IMG/VR virus record: IMGVR_UViG_3300037419_001523 | Source of the DNA: an uncultured virus (IMG/VR IMGVR_UViG_3300037419_001523) | Lineage: Duplodnaviria; Heunggongvirae; Uroviricota; Caudoviricetes | Strand: one strand, 5' to 3' | Length of the DNA stretch: 64,000 nt | Part shown: positions 63,974 to 64,000 of the stretch, piece after piece | Position numbering within the stretch: position 1 is the stretch's first letter | Layout: each line of letters opens with the position of its first letter | Translations under genes and position numbers: made by a program | The notes under the pieces: generated by a model | The model's database searches: none | Told to the model about the DNA's origin: nothing | The model's input: the letters and a program-made list of their open reading frames with translations, nothing else

Positions 63974-64000
63974 CCTTTTTAATTACTTGTTACTGTAATT

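Larger units (their letters stand above)
1..64000. mobile_element. SPbeta-like temperate phage genome segment (free/excised form or prophage interior)
   Basis: Gene content and order resemble SPbeta: aimR/aimP, yopP/Q/R-like, yopX, yorF-yorL-like replication block, nrd/thy genes, RecU, large serine recombinase, tail and lysis genes; no host housekeeping operons. Confidence 0.92.

Noticed and set aside
1..64000. CRISPR array or tRNA genes
   Set aside because: No regularly spaced direct repeats and no cloverleaf/T-loop pattern recognised by eye; tRNAscan-SE was not run

Overview
AT-rich 64 kb segment of an SPbeta-like temperate phage of a Bacillaceae host; I see no host chromosomal genes. On the + strand (1-7.5 kb) are the end of a tail-fibre gene, a beta-helix tailspike, a lysis cassette and a possible replicon-like module, with an oppositely oriented Wzy-like polymerase plus a small membrane protein inserted between tailspike and lysis genes. 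Almost everything from 7.9 kb on is on the - strand: a large serine recombinase with a candidate directionality factor and RecU; nucleotide metabolism (DHFR, ThyA, NrdE/flavodoxin/NrdF, thioredoxin); two sigma factors; a PAPS-reductase-family gene split by a 257-nt group I intron; three DNA methyltransferases; the SPbeta-type replication block (DnaE, RecJ, primase, DnaB, AAA ATPase, SSB); arrays of small ORFs; YopP/YopQ/YopR-like repression genes; and an arbitrium aimR-aimP locus. The most striking unexplained signal is a 16-bp quasi-palindrome, TAAAA-N6-TTTTA. I found 20 exact and about 12 near copies at gene junctions of the variable small-ORF regions, often containing the upstream stop codon, which suggests recombinase-mobilised gene cassettes. 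All product calls come from motif recognition by eye, not database searches.
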